A stretch of DNA of 63,806 nucleotides, counting the filler, from Intoshia linei (taxonomy: Eukaryota; Animalia; Orthonectida), in NCBI GenBank assembly GCA_001642005.1. It is 6 parts of 6 records of this genome, joined end to end, with 100 filler letters (N's around TTAATTAATTAA, not from the genome) between each part and the next. Parts side by side here need not be neighbours in the genome. Positions count along the whole stretch, not along the records: positions 32,257 to 40,316 come from LWCA01001488.1; positions 40,417 to 50,591 come from LWCA01001295.1; positions 50,692 to 53,725 come from LWCA01002160.1; 3 more parts are not named here. The stretch is one strand, 5' to 3'. Of the stretch, positions 39,274 through 51,533 are shown one piece after another (within the stretch, counting starts at the first letter, position 1; every line of letters starts with the position of its first letter). The notes beneath the pieces were generated by a model. That model worked only from the letters and a program-made list of their open reading frames with translations, did no database searches and was not told where the DNA came from. A program made the position numbers and the translations under genes.

Positions 39274-40316
39274 CAGGTTAATTCCTCGTTAACGGATTTT
39301 TTTATAAATTATGTGTTATACGTTTAAATAATAAAAAATTTTATTTTCATTCCATTTAAAATATCATTTCTTTAACTGGTTATTTATATAATTTATCACC
39401 AATTACTAAAAAATGTTAAAATAACAAATAAACAAAATTTATTATTTTTTATACAAAACTATAATCAAAAATTTGTCTTTTCTTTGATAATTTTTCGTGA
39501 AATTCATTTTCTTTAGGGTAAATGTTACTTAAACTATTCGGACATATTCTTGGTATCATCGATTTTAGTTCATCAATTAATACCTAATATAGTCAGAATT
39601 TGTGATATTATCTTCCGAATTCCAAATGGGTTTACTTGATACTTCATCCATATTTGTAATTTCCTGGCTATTTTGTTCAAATTCTTTATCAATTAAAAAT
39701 TGTAATTATCGCTATATTGTTCAGCATCTTTAAAATCAGATAGTTACAACATTATCATTATACGAGTTAATTTCTGTTAACTGTTCACTCAACATTTTTT
39801 CTTCTAATACGATCGTATTTAACTGAGTGTTGGATTGGTAATTTTCCACATTAATATCATTTGTTTTTTTAAAACAATTTTGAATCGTTTCTTTAATCAC
39901 TTTATTCCAAGCTTCAATGGAATAAAATATACCGTCAAGAATAGTTATTCCTCTCATATTTTTGATTTTAAAGTTTTCTTTGTTAATCAAATTTCTAATA
40001 TATCTGTGTATAAATACACTTAAACACTTGATCACATGGTTGTAATATGGATGTTGTATTGGCAGGTAAAAACATTGTCTTAACATTAGATAGTTTCATT
40101 TCAGAATGGCATGTAACTTGTTTATCAAAATAAGAACATTTCTATTGGTTTTGTAAAATAAATAATTTAAATTATTCATATAATCTTGAAATATTCGACT
40201 TGTCATCTAAGCTGTTGAATTACTTTCATAATAGAAAGGTTGTTCATTCATATTTAATCCCTTGAAACACCGTGGTTTGGCACTTTTTCCAATGAATAAC
40301 GGTTTGATTTTTTCAC
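39274..40316 (-). mobile_element. Degenerate pogo/Tigger transposase, 3' part
   Basis: Broken frames with KPLFIGKSAKPRCFKG, A*MTSRIF and ITILDGIFYSIEAWNKV..ETIQNCFKK (DDE_1-type); TIR-like TA|CAGGTTAATTCCTCGTTAACGGA at ~39274. Confidence 0.85.
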
Positions 40317-40416
40317 NNNNNNNNNNNNNNNNNNNNNNNNNNNNNNNNNNNNNNNNNNNNTTAATTAATTAANNNNNNNNNNNNNNNNNNNNNNNNNNNN
40401 NNNNNNNNNNNNNNNN
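40317..40416. other. Artificial contig spacer
   Basis: 44 N + TTAATTAATTAA + 44 N. Confidence 0.97.
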
Positions 40417-40724
40417 TATTCGGATTGAAATTTTCTGTGTGTGTTAACAGGATACAACTGTACAACTTGTCAATTTTTTGAAATTCTAGAGCTGTTTTCA
40501 TTAAAAAAAATGGATAATTTGTGGTTTTGGCCCTGAAGATATAATTTTTTTACATTTAAATTTATGATAATATTTTTGATTTTAAAATCCGTATCGGAAA
40601 ATCGGTAAAAACTGGAGTTGAAATTTAGACTTTATAAAATTCTAAGACGGGTAGTTATTTAAATAAAGCTGAATACACACACACACACAAACAAAAATCG
40701 CGTAGCATATTATGTAAGTTAGGA
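40417..40724 (-). mobile_element. 5' part of a Helitron-family copy
   Basis: A|TCCTAACTTACATAATATGCTACGCG plus (TG)n microsatellite; homologous to 28570-28973. Confidence 0.78.
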
Positions 40725-41069
40725 TGCTCAATTTTGGAAAATGAAACTTAAATATAAATAAACTCGCGCAAAACAGTATTAGAAATTGGTTTTTTAAATT
40801 CTCGACTGTTAATATTTGAAATATATGGTAATACATACATTCAATTTATACAAATAAAAGATAATAAAAACACATCCTCGACAGATGTAGATACTAGTTA
40901 CTCGTTATAAAATTTACGAAATAATCAAGATATAATTGTAGGATAAAAATGCAATCACAGTAAACAGTGAATCAAGTAAAATTCTCTTTAGTCAATTGTG
41001 ATTCACTAATATTTACTGTGATCCACTATATGGTTATTTTTGTACTGTGATTCACTGTTTAGTGAGACC

Positions 41070-41762
41070 TATGGAGTCCTGATTATTCGAAAATTTGAAA
41101 AACCGGCTATCGAATAATTCCGGTTATTTGAACAACGATTATCCGAAATTTAAAATTTTTAACATAAAAACAAATAATCCTTACATATATAATATGCTAC
41201 GCAATTTATGTTTGTGTGTTCCACTTTATTTAAATATTATTCATATTTCAATAACATTTTTTACCGGGGTGTTCGCAAAATAAATTTTAACATCCCAAAC
41301 TCACATCTCACGAGTCAAAAACCCCAATTGTCCTTTTTTTAAAAAATCAAACGAGTTGAAGAATTTAAAAAAATTATACGCTGATACTGATTTTAAAATC
41401 ATAAAGATTGATATAAATTTCAATTTAGAAAAATAAAATCTTCAGGGCCAAAACCACAAATTACCCTTCTTTTTTTAATGAAAGCAGCTTTAAAATTTAA
41501 AAAAATTTACATGTGGTACAGTTGTATCCTGTACAATTTTTAGAATTGGACTGTTTTTACTATATTTTATAATATTATACACATTCTGTCTAATAAATTA
41601 AAAAAATTGGATAACAATTGTTTTTAAAATTCTTTACGCAAATGTCAACAAACAAAAAACTAAGATGGAATAATTCACCTTTAAGTAAATTGAAATGTGA
41701 TAAGACGCAATGATATATTTATGAAATTTTAGAAAATCCGATTAATCGAATATCATTCCCTA
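41070..41762. mobile_element. hAT-type MITE with a nested Helitron 5' fragment (41178-~41530)
   Basis: 8-bp direct repeat GTGAGACC (41062-41069, 41763-41770); degenerate TIRs TATGGAGT / ATTCCCTA; internal A|TCCTTACATATATAATATGCTACGC. Confidence 0.68.
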
Positions 41763-41783
41763 GTGAGACCCATAAAAATGTGT

Positions 41784-42690
41784 TTATTTACAAATTTCCA
41801 TAAATTTTTTCATTTCTGTAGCGTCTATTTCCATTTCTAAACTAGATTGAAGTGTTCTTTCTTGTTTATCATGTTTGTGCAACTAAATACACAAATATAC
41901 AACTTTTGACAATCCATTACACATTACATTGTACTTATATAAAATTAAATGCTTGTCACCGTTTTTTTAAAAAAACCGAAATAATTTTTTTCACGAGTGA
42001 TACAATAAATTTCAAACGAAAACTTCAATTTTGAAAAATAACTAGTTGCCTGGCAACCATTTCCATAAAATTTAAAAAATGCATAGTTAATGCAGTGTTT
42101 TCTATTAGATAATAACATTATTATACTTGTTTTTACCTTGTCATATATACCATCAATACAATCGAAATCCTTGTGCCTCCGTGGCAATAAATGTATATGA
42201 AGATGCTAAAATTTTATTAAAAAAATTAAAATAAATTTTTACAAAAAAAATAATATCTCAAAAACCTTAACACTTTGACCTGCATCAGAACCATCCTGAA
42301 TGGAAATATTTTTAGAATCGGTACCATATCGTAAATCCAAGGCTTTGCCAACATATTGTGTAAGTTTAAAAATATCAGTCAATTCTTCTTCACGTAAATC
42401 ATTAAATTTATACACACTAGTTCGTTTTGTAGATATTAAGACCTATAATTAAATTCAGTCAATTAAAAATCCCAAAAAAATACATGACCAATTACGACAG
42501 GCGAAATATTGACAAAGGCAAAACTATATTTACTATGAGCAAAAATATGTGAAGGCGGAATAACGTGATTTGAAAACATTAATTTTTCATTAATATTTGT
42601 TTTAAAAAATTGTGTACCTTTTGCTAATTTAAATAAAAATTAAAAACCAAAAAAATTACACATTTTTGATAATTGTCGTAAATTTATCAT
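41784..42690 (-). CDS. FHIT: Fragile histidine triad protein (Ap3A hydrolase), 5 coding exons
   Basis: Spliced: ...FSNHVIPPSHIFAHSKYSFAFVNISPVVIGH|VLISTKR..FNDLREEELTDIF..ISIQDGSDAGQSVK|HLHIHLLPRRHKDFDCIDGIYDK|LHKHDKQ...EMEIDATEMKKF; HxHxH triad intact. Largely missed by the ORF track. Confidence 0.93.
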
Positions 42691-43080
42691 AAATATTTAC
42701 GCACTGGAAATATAGCTATTCATAAATTTGACTCAATATATTTGAGTTTTAAAAGTTTAAATAAAGTATAGTTTGTATTGTTTTCGTTATTTTTTTAAAT
42801 TTCAATATACTGACATGTTTTGTACTGTATGGGCTCCACATTGTGAGTGTCCATAATTTTATATATCAAAACATACAATTGTATTTGGACATAAAGATTA
42901 TTAAAAAAGGTTACTTATTCAAAAATTGTAATACAAATTGTACAAATTAAATTAAATACAGTTTAAATGTAGTTAAATAATTAATAATAATAATTTATCA
43001 ATTTCCATGTAAGATAATTTTGTAGTTGTTGTGTATAACTTTTGGAGTAGTAGTGCTGTTATAACTTATAAGTTAAAGTC

Positions 43081-43103
43081 TTGACTCAAGAGTCTTGAGT
43101 CAA
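43081..43103. promoter_or_regulatory. Perfect palindrome with two AP-1-like sites between divergent FHIT and Sin3-like genes
   Basis: TTGACTCAAGA-G-TCTTGAGTCAA (11-bp arms, 1-nt spacer), containing TGACTCA and TGAGTCA; function inferred only. Confidence 0.4.
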
Positions 43104-43202
43104 CTATCGTACTCGTTACAATTTTAAGTTTATAAACTTTATTACCTGTAGTGTCCGTGGGAATATTTATTTTATCCGTAAGAGATTAAATTTAAATTAC
43201 AG

Positions 43203-46200
43203 AATGTTTTGAGAAAATTTAATATGCAAGAAGACACGAAAAGGTGAACTAATCATTTTAAACGATATTTTAATTTTTCATTAAATAGTGCAAAACTCAT
43301 TTTACCCAACATTATGGTATTTTCGTTTACAATTAAAATTTAATTTAATTAAAATGGTAATTTTGTCTAATGGACATTTAGAAAGAAAAAATTCATTTAT
43401 ACATGGATAAAATTAAAATTCTGCATAAAAATAAGAAAAATGAAAATTTAATATCAAAGTTTAAAGATTGTGTTGACAATTTTCGAAAAACGTAAAATTT
43501 TAAAATTTAAATTAAATTTTATAATATTTTTTTATTCTAGCCAAGACGTATATAACATTTTAAATCAATTAACACTTATATTGAATGGTTCTATTGATAT
43601 TATCATGGAATTTGCCATGTTTTTACCAAATTATTACAAAATTAAAATTAATACAAATAAAGAAATGTCAATTGTACATGATCCACTTGATGAAAATATT
43701 GTTGATTATAGTACTTTAAAATTGGATTATTTGATTGAAAATTTAATGGATATGGATTGCACGAATAATTTAAATGTTGTTTTGATTTTTCATGTTTTTA
43801 AATATTGTTTAGCGGTTTTGTTTGGATGTTAATAGTGGTGATGGGTGCTACTTTGGAGATGATTCTAAGGTAAAATTTTAAATTTTCACATTACTATATT
43901 GTATTTAGGATAAATGCGAATTTGACAATGCTATTCATTTTGTAAATAAAATTAAGGTACTTTTCATGATTATTTTTGATGTAGCGAAAACTTTTTTTTA
44001 AAAAAGTTTTTGGCTGTTGATAACGGTATAGTAGTATACTATAATTTACATTTTAGAAAAGATTTAATGTACGGCATGATAAATATCAACAATTTTTAAA
44101 AATTTTGCATATTTTTCAAAAGGAGGCTAATAACTTGAAAACTGTAATTTATTATAATTAATTTTACTTGTTTAGACAAGGTTGGATCATTAAAATTCAC
44201 ATTGAAGTAAAAAAATTCATGTCTAAGTTTAATTTTATTTACAATTTGTTAGGTTAACAATAACGCAATTTTGTATCCTTTTTTTTTGATTTAATTTTAA
44301 TTTATTTTGATCTTGACCAATCGCAAATGCATTCTAAATTTATCAATTTTTTTTATTGTATTTACTTTTAGCCAATAAATTCTAGAGATGTATGCGTAAA
44401 TGTGGAAAAGATACCAAATAATAATCAAATGGATAGACAAAAACTTGAAGAGTATGTTGTTAGTCAAGTTTCGGATTTGTGTTCCGATGAGCCTGATTTA
44501 ATTGGTGAATTCACGAAATTTATATTGGAAGATGGTTATAAAGTAAGTTTCCTGCAAAATTATACACTAAATTCCGAATTGCTTTATGTATTTATACTTT
44601 AAAAAAATAGTGTCGCTGTTACGGGTAACCAAGTTTATTGGGTGTCTTTGAAATGTTGAAATTTTTTTTTGAAATTGTGAATAAAAATTAAAAATTTTTA
44701 TATTTTTACATTAATGAGATGGGTGGTGTTGCTTAAAATCTGAAGTTAGTTTTTCAATATCTGGCCAGTAGTTCGAGGTTTTTAGGCATATTTGGGCTTG
44801 GCTCGACCCTCAACCGGTTTCTGACTTTTGTATTGTTTAAAGCCATTATAGAAAAGGTCTGCTCGCAGTTGTACGTCGACCCAAAAAACGTCAAGAGTGA
44901 CAAAGCCACTTTTTTTAGAACTTTGAAGTTGTCTGGCATACTTTTCCAATATGTTAACACCACGTTTTGCGGACTTTTGTACTTTTCTCTGTCGTATATT
45001 CTGTTGTTGGCTACAGGGCTTCTTGATGAATCAGACAGTGGAATGAAAAGATTGAGTGATGTATCTCTCTTTTGAGGAGTTGGATTAACCCATTCAACCT
45101 GCCAATCATCGCCGGTACGCCGTCTGTAGTGACAGAAATTAGTGGGTTAATATCAATGTTTTTTTTTAATAAAAGTTTCTTTAATGGAATTTAAATAGTC
45201 TTGACTCTTGGTTGTCGTAGGTAGCGACGACAAGTCAATCAGCTCTTCTTTTATTCTTGATGTATGGAATTTGACAATGATGGCTAGCCGTGCTTTTCCA
45301 CATACATCCACAGTCTCATCAAGACACATAGAGAAAAACTGGCATTTTTTAGGTCATCCGTTATCTGACGCGAGATGTCTCCATCCAAAGCTAGTATTCT
45401 TCTTTTGACAGTAAAACGAGTCATCGGAAGTTTCTCAACAGTTTCTTCCATCTCTGTATTATGAAAAAGAGTTTTTACTGCTTTTGATATAGACTGTTTT
45501 AAATAAATTCCTTCCGAAAACGGCCTGAGGTGTTGGGCAATGTGAAGAGGCGTTTAAGTGATACATTTCCAACTTTTTTCTTCTTCTACTTGTAAATTAA
45601 TGGTAGAGTTGAGTTCGTCAAAATAAATTTTGACTTGTCGATCAATCACCTCATTAGATTCCGTAATGTGGTGTGAATTTTGAAAGTGTCTTTTAATGAC
45701 GTACGAGCCTCGTACGAGAGTTTGCATACAATCATCTATTATGCATAAAGCCTTGTCGTTTTGACTAACCACCCCGTATTTTTTTGTTCATTCGCCGTTG
45801 AAAAACGTTCTTTTCCCCAGGAATTTCAATTTTGAAAATGAAAATAAAATAATTTTATGAACGATAAAAAAAGGGACTTTTGCAGTATAAGCCCACTAGA
45901 ATAAACTTCAAATTTTGAACTTTATTTAATTTTTAAAAAATATGTAACTTACGTAATACATACTAAATGGATTGATTAACGTCCGATGTTGAATTGAATT
46001 TACTCTATCGAAATTACATGAAATCACACGAAATACTGCCACAACAATAACGTTTTGCAGAAATATAGGATTAATACAAAGTTTAGAAGTGTAATTATTT
46101 TTAGTCCAATATATAAATATATTCCTAATACCGGAAAGTCCAAAGCAGACAAAGAGTACAGTTTACGTAATCCTGTAATCCTGAAACTTATGTTGAATTG

Positions 46201-48037
46201 GGGATTAATGTAAAAATAAAAGTTAATGTAACAATCTTTGTCATTACCTCACTGTGAATACCCCTCTCGGGTTCGATCTAATTATAGTATCCTCAATAAA
46301 TTTTTTTATTTATTGCAATAATGTAATTAATCCCTTGATGCATTCTTAACTAAGTAATTATTAATGTTCTAATGAAACTGAATAGACTTATTTACAAAAG
46401 CTACATACTTTTTTAAAATTTAGTATATACTTTACTATGTATTACGTAAGTTACATATTTAAAAAAAATAAAGTTCAAAATTTGAAGTTTATTCTAGTGG
46501 GCTTATACTGCTGAAGGCCCGATAAAAATTTCAATTTTACAGTTGTAGTGGTTTTAAATTTGATTTAAAAACTTTTTTCAACTAAATTTGAAACAATAAA
46601 TGAAAATTCACGGTGGGACAAAATTAGTTTGAAGTTTGAATGAATTAGTGTCTAGTCCCACTGAGTGGGACACTTTGCTCATCACTGATGTATACAATTG
46701 CGACATATTAAGTGAATTATAGTGAATTGTAGACAAAAATAAATTTTTGATCAAAAAATTTTATAAAAAACCAAATGTCCGAGACAATGTGTGATAAATC
46801 TGAGTTTTTTTCATTTCACTCTTAAGATTTGTCAATTTGGAATATATATAGTTACGAGTATAAAAAAGGTTAAAAACGACGCAATTAAGAGTTGCCAGAT
46901 TGTGCGTTTTCAACGCACTATTGTTTATTATTAAATAGTGATTAGATAAGGCTTAGATTGTAAGTGTCAATGACATTATGCCATTTATTTTGTTTAGTCA
47001 CCTATTATTATCACACATTTCGTACTTTAGTACAGTGACCACTAAACTTTTGATATGGGGCCGGAATAACTAAAAAAAAATCCGCGGGCCAGATGGAAGA
47101 TATACATGACGGTATTTTAAATTACGATTTAAATTTTAACTTAATAATTTTAATAATTATTTTTATTATTTTAACTAGATTCTAGAAATTACGAGTCGAT
47201 GTTTATATATTTAAAATATAAGTCGATGATATGTGATAATTTGTAAGATATCACCGGTTTATTTTATAATTGATTTGTAATTCACGGGCCGGATAAAATT
47301 CAATTACGGGCGTAGTTTGGTGGGCACTGCTTTAGTACAATTATATTTGACTATTTGTTTACATTTTAATTGTTTTTGAATTTACAATTTTATTGTTTCT
47401 TTGATAATTTTTTAAAATATATGAGAACTGTTGAATTTAATATGTGGTGAGAAGCGAATGGCTTTGTTATTAAGAACCAAAGGCAAATATTTTGCACAAT
47501 TGAGTTGAAATATTTGAATAAATTTTTTCTCATTTTTATCAACTAATTTTGGATATTTCAATTGTTACACGTTAACATTTGTAAATAAATTATTTATCAA
47601 AACCCACTTATTTTAGTAACTATTATGACTCATAGACTTTTCCTGAACATGTACTGTATATTTATTTTCTATATATTTTCTTTCCGAAAGTTAGTAAATA
47701 AAATTGTATATTTTTGAAATTTTTTAGGTTACATGAAATAAACAATGAATTTATTTTTAATCAATCAATTTGAAGCTTTTAAATTTAAGTTTAAATTTTC
47801 CAACGCATTAATGTGCTGTAAACTGCCAGCGTAATATGAACTTTTCAATCTGGCAACTCTGCGTGAACCAGTTTCTTAAACTGGACAACTTTTTGAAAAA
47901 AGTGGTTCTCTTAATTTGGCCCTACTGTATGTTTAACAATATGACTTGTTTTTAATATTTCATAGTTGGAAAAATCGGAAAATATGGAAGAATCGTATAC
48001 TGCTGATCAAGATGTTTCAAATTTTGATAAAATTGAG
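43203..48037 (+). CDS. SIN3: Sin3-like paired amphipathic helix corepressor, N-terminal part (start and 3' part not resolved)
   Basis: PAH1-like ILNQLTLILNGSIDIIMEFAMFLPNYYKIKI; PAH2-like EFDNAIHFVNKIK|KRFNVRHDKYQQFLKILHIFQKE and EEYVVSQVSDLCSDEPDLIGEFTKFI; probable next exon 47966-48037 (..DVSNFDKIE). Confidence 0.82.
44754..46687 (-). mobile_element. Degenerate Buster/SPIN-like hAT transposon in a Sin3 intron
   Basis: 5' TIR CAGTGATGAGCAAAG at 46687 flanked by ATGTATAC; broken transposase with BED-like KALCI..C..IKRHF, RPFSEGNLFK, FSMCLDETVDV and dimerisation domain YWKSMPDNFKVLKKVALSLLTFFGSTYNCEQTFSIM. Confidence 0.88.
45873..46520. mobile_element. MULE-like MITE with ~95-bp TIRs nested in the hAT 5' region
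   Basis: GGGACTTTTGCAGTATAAGCCCACTAGAATAAACTTCAAATTTTGAACTTTA... matches the reverse complement of 46430-46520; flanking direct repeat GATAAAAA(A/T). Confidence 0.8.
46888..47860. mobile_element. TIR element (AGAGTTGCCAGATTG, 15 bp), superfamily uncertain
   Basis: Perfect 15-bp inverted repeats at 46888-46902 and 47846-47860; no clear TSD. Confidence 0.6.
47033..47329. mobile_element. hAT (Buster-like) MITE
   Basis: TIRs CAGTGACCACTAAACT / AGTTTGGTGGGCACTG; perfect 8-bp TSD CTTTAGTA; subterminal GGGCCGGA motifs. Confidence 0.9.
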
Positions 48038-48259
48038 GTGACTTTTAAATTTTGTTTGTAATTTAACTTTTCGTATTTGTATCTAGATCAGTGGTTCCCA
48101 AATTTTGTTTCATTTCTTGGTGTTATCCGAGAAAACAAAACTAGTTTTACGTAATATTAAAAAAAATTCTAATAATTTTTATTTATTTTTCGGTATAAGA
48201 ATTTTCATATCAATGTATAGTAAATTTTCGGTATTTGAAAATTTCCCAATAATATTATA

Positions 48260-48960
48260 TCCTTACTTATATATAATATGCAACGCAATATTTGTTTGTT
48301 TGTGTTATCCTTTATTTCAATAACTACCAGTCTTAGAATTTTATAAAGTACACATTTGAATTACAGTTTTTTCCAGGGGTGTTTCAACTTAAGTTAATAA
48401 ATTTCAACCTCCCAAACTCTTATCTTAAGGGTTGAAAACACCAATTATCCTTTTTTTGAAAATCAAAAGAGTTGGAGAATTAAAAAAAAATTTACAGGTG
48501 GTAGAGTTGTATGATGTTAATACGCATAAAAAATTTTAATCCGATTAAGTGACGACTTCACGGTCAAAAAAGATTTTAGTATTCATATATTTTTTTTCCG
48601 AATCATTTTATTAAAACAATAAATGTGAAATAATTAACAGCCCGATAATTAAAAAAAGGATTATTCTGATAGAGCTTATTCCAGTTGATATAAATACACA
48701 ATTTCAACCCCAGAAATCTACAATTCCCGGTGAAAAATAATTTTTAATATTTTATCAACCAATATTTTTACAATATTTCGATTAAAATAAAAATTGAAAA
48801 TGTAAATATTGATCCTACAATTTCAAAATAAAATATGCATTGTACGTCTACACATTTTCAATAAAGAAATGTGGGTGAAAATCTATATAATTTATTCCTT
48901 CAGAATTTTTTTCATTGTTACTCAATTTTAAAATTTCAAGTTATTATTTTTAAAACATTT
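48260..48960 (+). mobile_element. Helitron-family copy (5' part)
   Basis: A|TCCTTACTTATATAATATGCAACGC..TTTGTTTGTTTGTG; colinear reverse complement of ~28200-28973. Confidence 0.82.
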
Positions 48961-49617
48961 TGTATAAAATTTAAATTAAAACTACAACAATGACTACTAA
49001 AAGTAATACAACTTCGTTATTATTATTTTTATATTTTTTACAATCCGTTGTAATATTGGTAAAATTTGACTGAAATATGTTGATAATGTGAAGGTATCGT
49101 TAATTACACGGTACAACATTTTCGGAAAAATTTTAAAAGAGCGGAACGAAATATAGTTTATGGCTTAGATAACACTGTCAGGATTCGAATGATGTTTGTT
49201 ATTCTATCTGATTAGACCGTAATCTTGAGATATTTTATTTTTAAAGTGTATATATAAGGAAATTTATATAATATAGAATTAAGTTATATTCAAGTTGATG
49301 TTAAATTCAATTTTGTGACCCTTTTTCAAACATATTTTCAAAAAAAATAAAAAATTAACGTCAAGTGTATATAAGTATATAACATATTCTTATGAAAAAT
49401 TTACGATATCTACTGTAGAATAAAAAATGGCCCCCGAACCTTTACCCTAATTTTTAAAAAAATTTGGTTTTTTTTGAAAAGATCAGAACATTTTGATATA
49501 TACCATGTACCCCAAAATGTGTACCTTATACTGTATTAGGAATGAAAATCTGGTGAGATCTCAAAAAAAATATATAAAGCGTTAAAAATAAGTACATTTA
49601 TAAATAAGAAAATTTAT

Positions 49618-49850
49618 TTATGACAATTTGGTGTTTTCTGTGTACCACACATAATTTTTAATCATTGATATCATATTTTTTCCGACGAATCTTTCTTCAA
49701 ATTTTTTCAAAGTTTGATGGAAATGTTCCCCATGTTCATCAGAATGAAGATCTGTATATGGTAATTTGTTGAAATGACATTGTAACAAATGGACTTTAAA
49801 GCTCATAAGTAGGGCAGTTTTTATGGCAAAATGCCATTTTTTACATGATA
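49618..49850 (-). mobile_element. Chapaev-like (CMC) transposase C-terminal remnant
   Basis: MSFKVHLLQCHFNK...SDEHGEHFHQTLKKFEERFVG...MIKNYVW resembles the SDEHGERFHQ...MLADYCW motif; superfamily assigned from recall, not a search. Confidence 0.6.
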
Positions 49851-50037
49851 ATCAGCACAAAATTACAACCATCATGATATCAATATTATGTTTATTAATT
49901 AGCTAATTAACAATTTATAAAGTCAATAAATGGCATAAGTTTTTTTTTTAAAGGATATTCGACTTAAAAAAATGATATTTATGATATAATGAACAATAAA
50001 ATTGAAAAAATACCACCTTATCTATACAATTTATAAG

Positions 50038-50164
50038 AAAAGCACCATCTACCATAAATGGTGTTGAACGGAGTTTCAGTTTGTTAAAAAAATTGCTGAC
50101 TAAACAGAGGCAATTTTTACCAGATAATGTTAAGAAGTATATTATGTACTACAATACACATTAA
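50038..50164 (+). mobile_element. hAT-like transposase C-terminal remnant
   Basis: APSTINGVERSFSLLKKLLTKQRQFLPDNVKKYIMYY* (ERSFS dimerisation motif). Confidence 0.6.
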
Positions 50165-50591
50165 TAATTTTCAACATCACACAATGAGATTTACATCGTT
50201 TGTTTCATTTGCAGTTCCTTGTTATTCATATTTATTATTACACGCATAAATATTCCTTATTTTAAGTTTTTTTCATATTAATTTATTATGTAAAGTGACC
50301 GACACCATCATGATCGGGGCCTATGCGAATATTAAAATTAAGGTGTATTAAATATTGTATTCATTTAATTTGAGGCCTACGAAAGGAAGGTTTGGGGTAC
50401 CGTAGATTCAGTTGGTGTTAACCATAGAAACAAACAAAAATTTTAAGGTCAGATAAAGTCAGTAAATTTAATTTTTAGGTCAGTTTTTTTGTTATTCTAT
50501 TTTGTGGTATTATGACAATAGATTTTTTATTATTTTATACGATCCATTGAATTTATCTTTTCCTTGATATAAGATTAAAATTAGTCAAAAT

Positions 50592-50691
50592 NNNNNNNNN
50601 NNNNNNNNNNNNNNNNNNNNNNNNNNNNNNNNNNNTTAATTAATTAANNNNNNNNNNNNNNNNNNNNNNNNNNNNNNNNNNNNNNNNNNNN
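50592..50691. other. Artificial contig spacer
   Basis: 44 N + TTAATTAATTAA + 44 N. Confidence 0.97.
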
Positions 50692-51533
50692 AGTATTAGT
50701 AATGTTGTATTAGTATATAAGTAGCATTAGTGTGTAGTGTAGTGTTTATTATAATACATAACATATTATTTAAATTACTATACTAATTAAACGTGAACAT
50801 ACAATGTAAATCGATGTTATATAATATATTTTATATTAAAAAAACCTTATTAATTATTATATTTGGAGGTAGTTCAACTGGTTTAACGCTCTGATTAGAC
50901 GTATTATAGTAGAAAAGTATTGATCTAAATACACAGTACATTTTTTAATTAGAAACATTAAATTTTATAACATAAATTATTATCAGTGACTAAAAAATAA
51001 CATTATTCATAGTAATATTAAAAAATCAAACATTTATAAGTTCTATTATACACAAAGTACGTAAATCAACACAAAATTTTACCAATGTGTAAATAAACTA
51101 TTATCATCTATTTATTTAAAATTAAATTTTATAAGTTATAACATTATAATTTAAAAGTAAAACGTTCAACTTATTTAGATAAAAATAATTTTTTGGCATA
51201 AGGAATATTAACCCCATGGTAATGCATGAATCCATTAATGGTAATGGTAATGCATGGTAAATATAATAAATAATATTTATTAAATGCCGGTTGTATTTTC
51301 AAAAATATATAAAAAATGTTTTGATTCAATTAAATTTTGTAATAACGCTTCTTTAGTGAAAAAATCAGCACTAATATTGTAAGGATAATAAAATGTTCAC
51401 CATAAACCCTACAATGAATATCGTTATTTTTTGTAAGTTAGTGTTCAATATCTACAAGTCTGACTATATTTATTAAATATGCATAAAAATTTTTAATAAT
51501 TATTGAAATTGAAAAATAATTATTAAACGTTAC

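Noticed and set aside
32257-40316. TE remnants flanking PIWI as a piRNA cluster
   Set aside because: TE density is no higher than elsewhere in the window and no strand bias can be established without small-RNA data.
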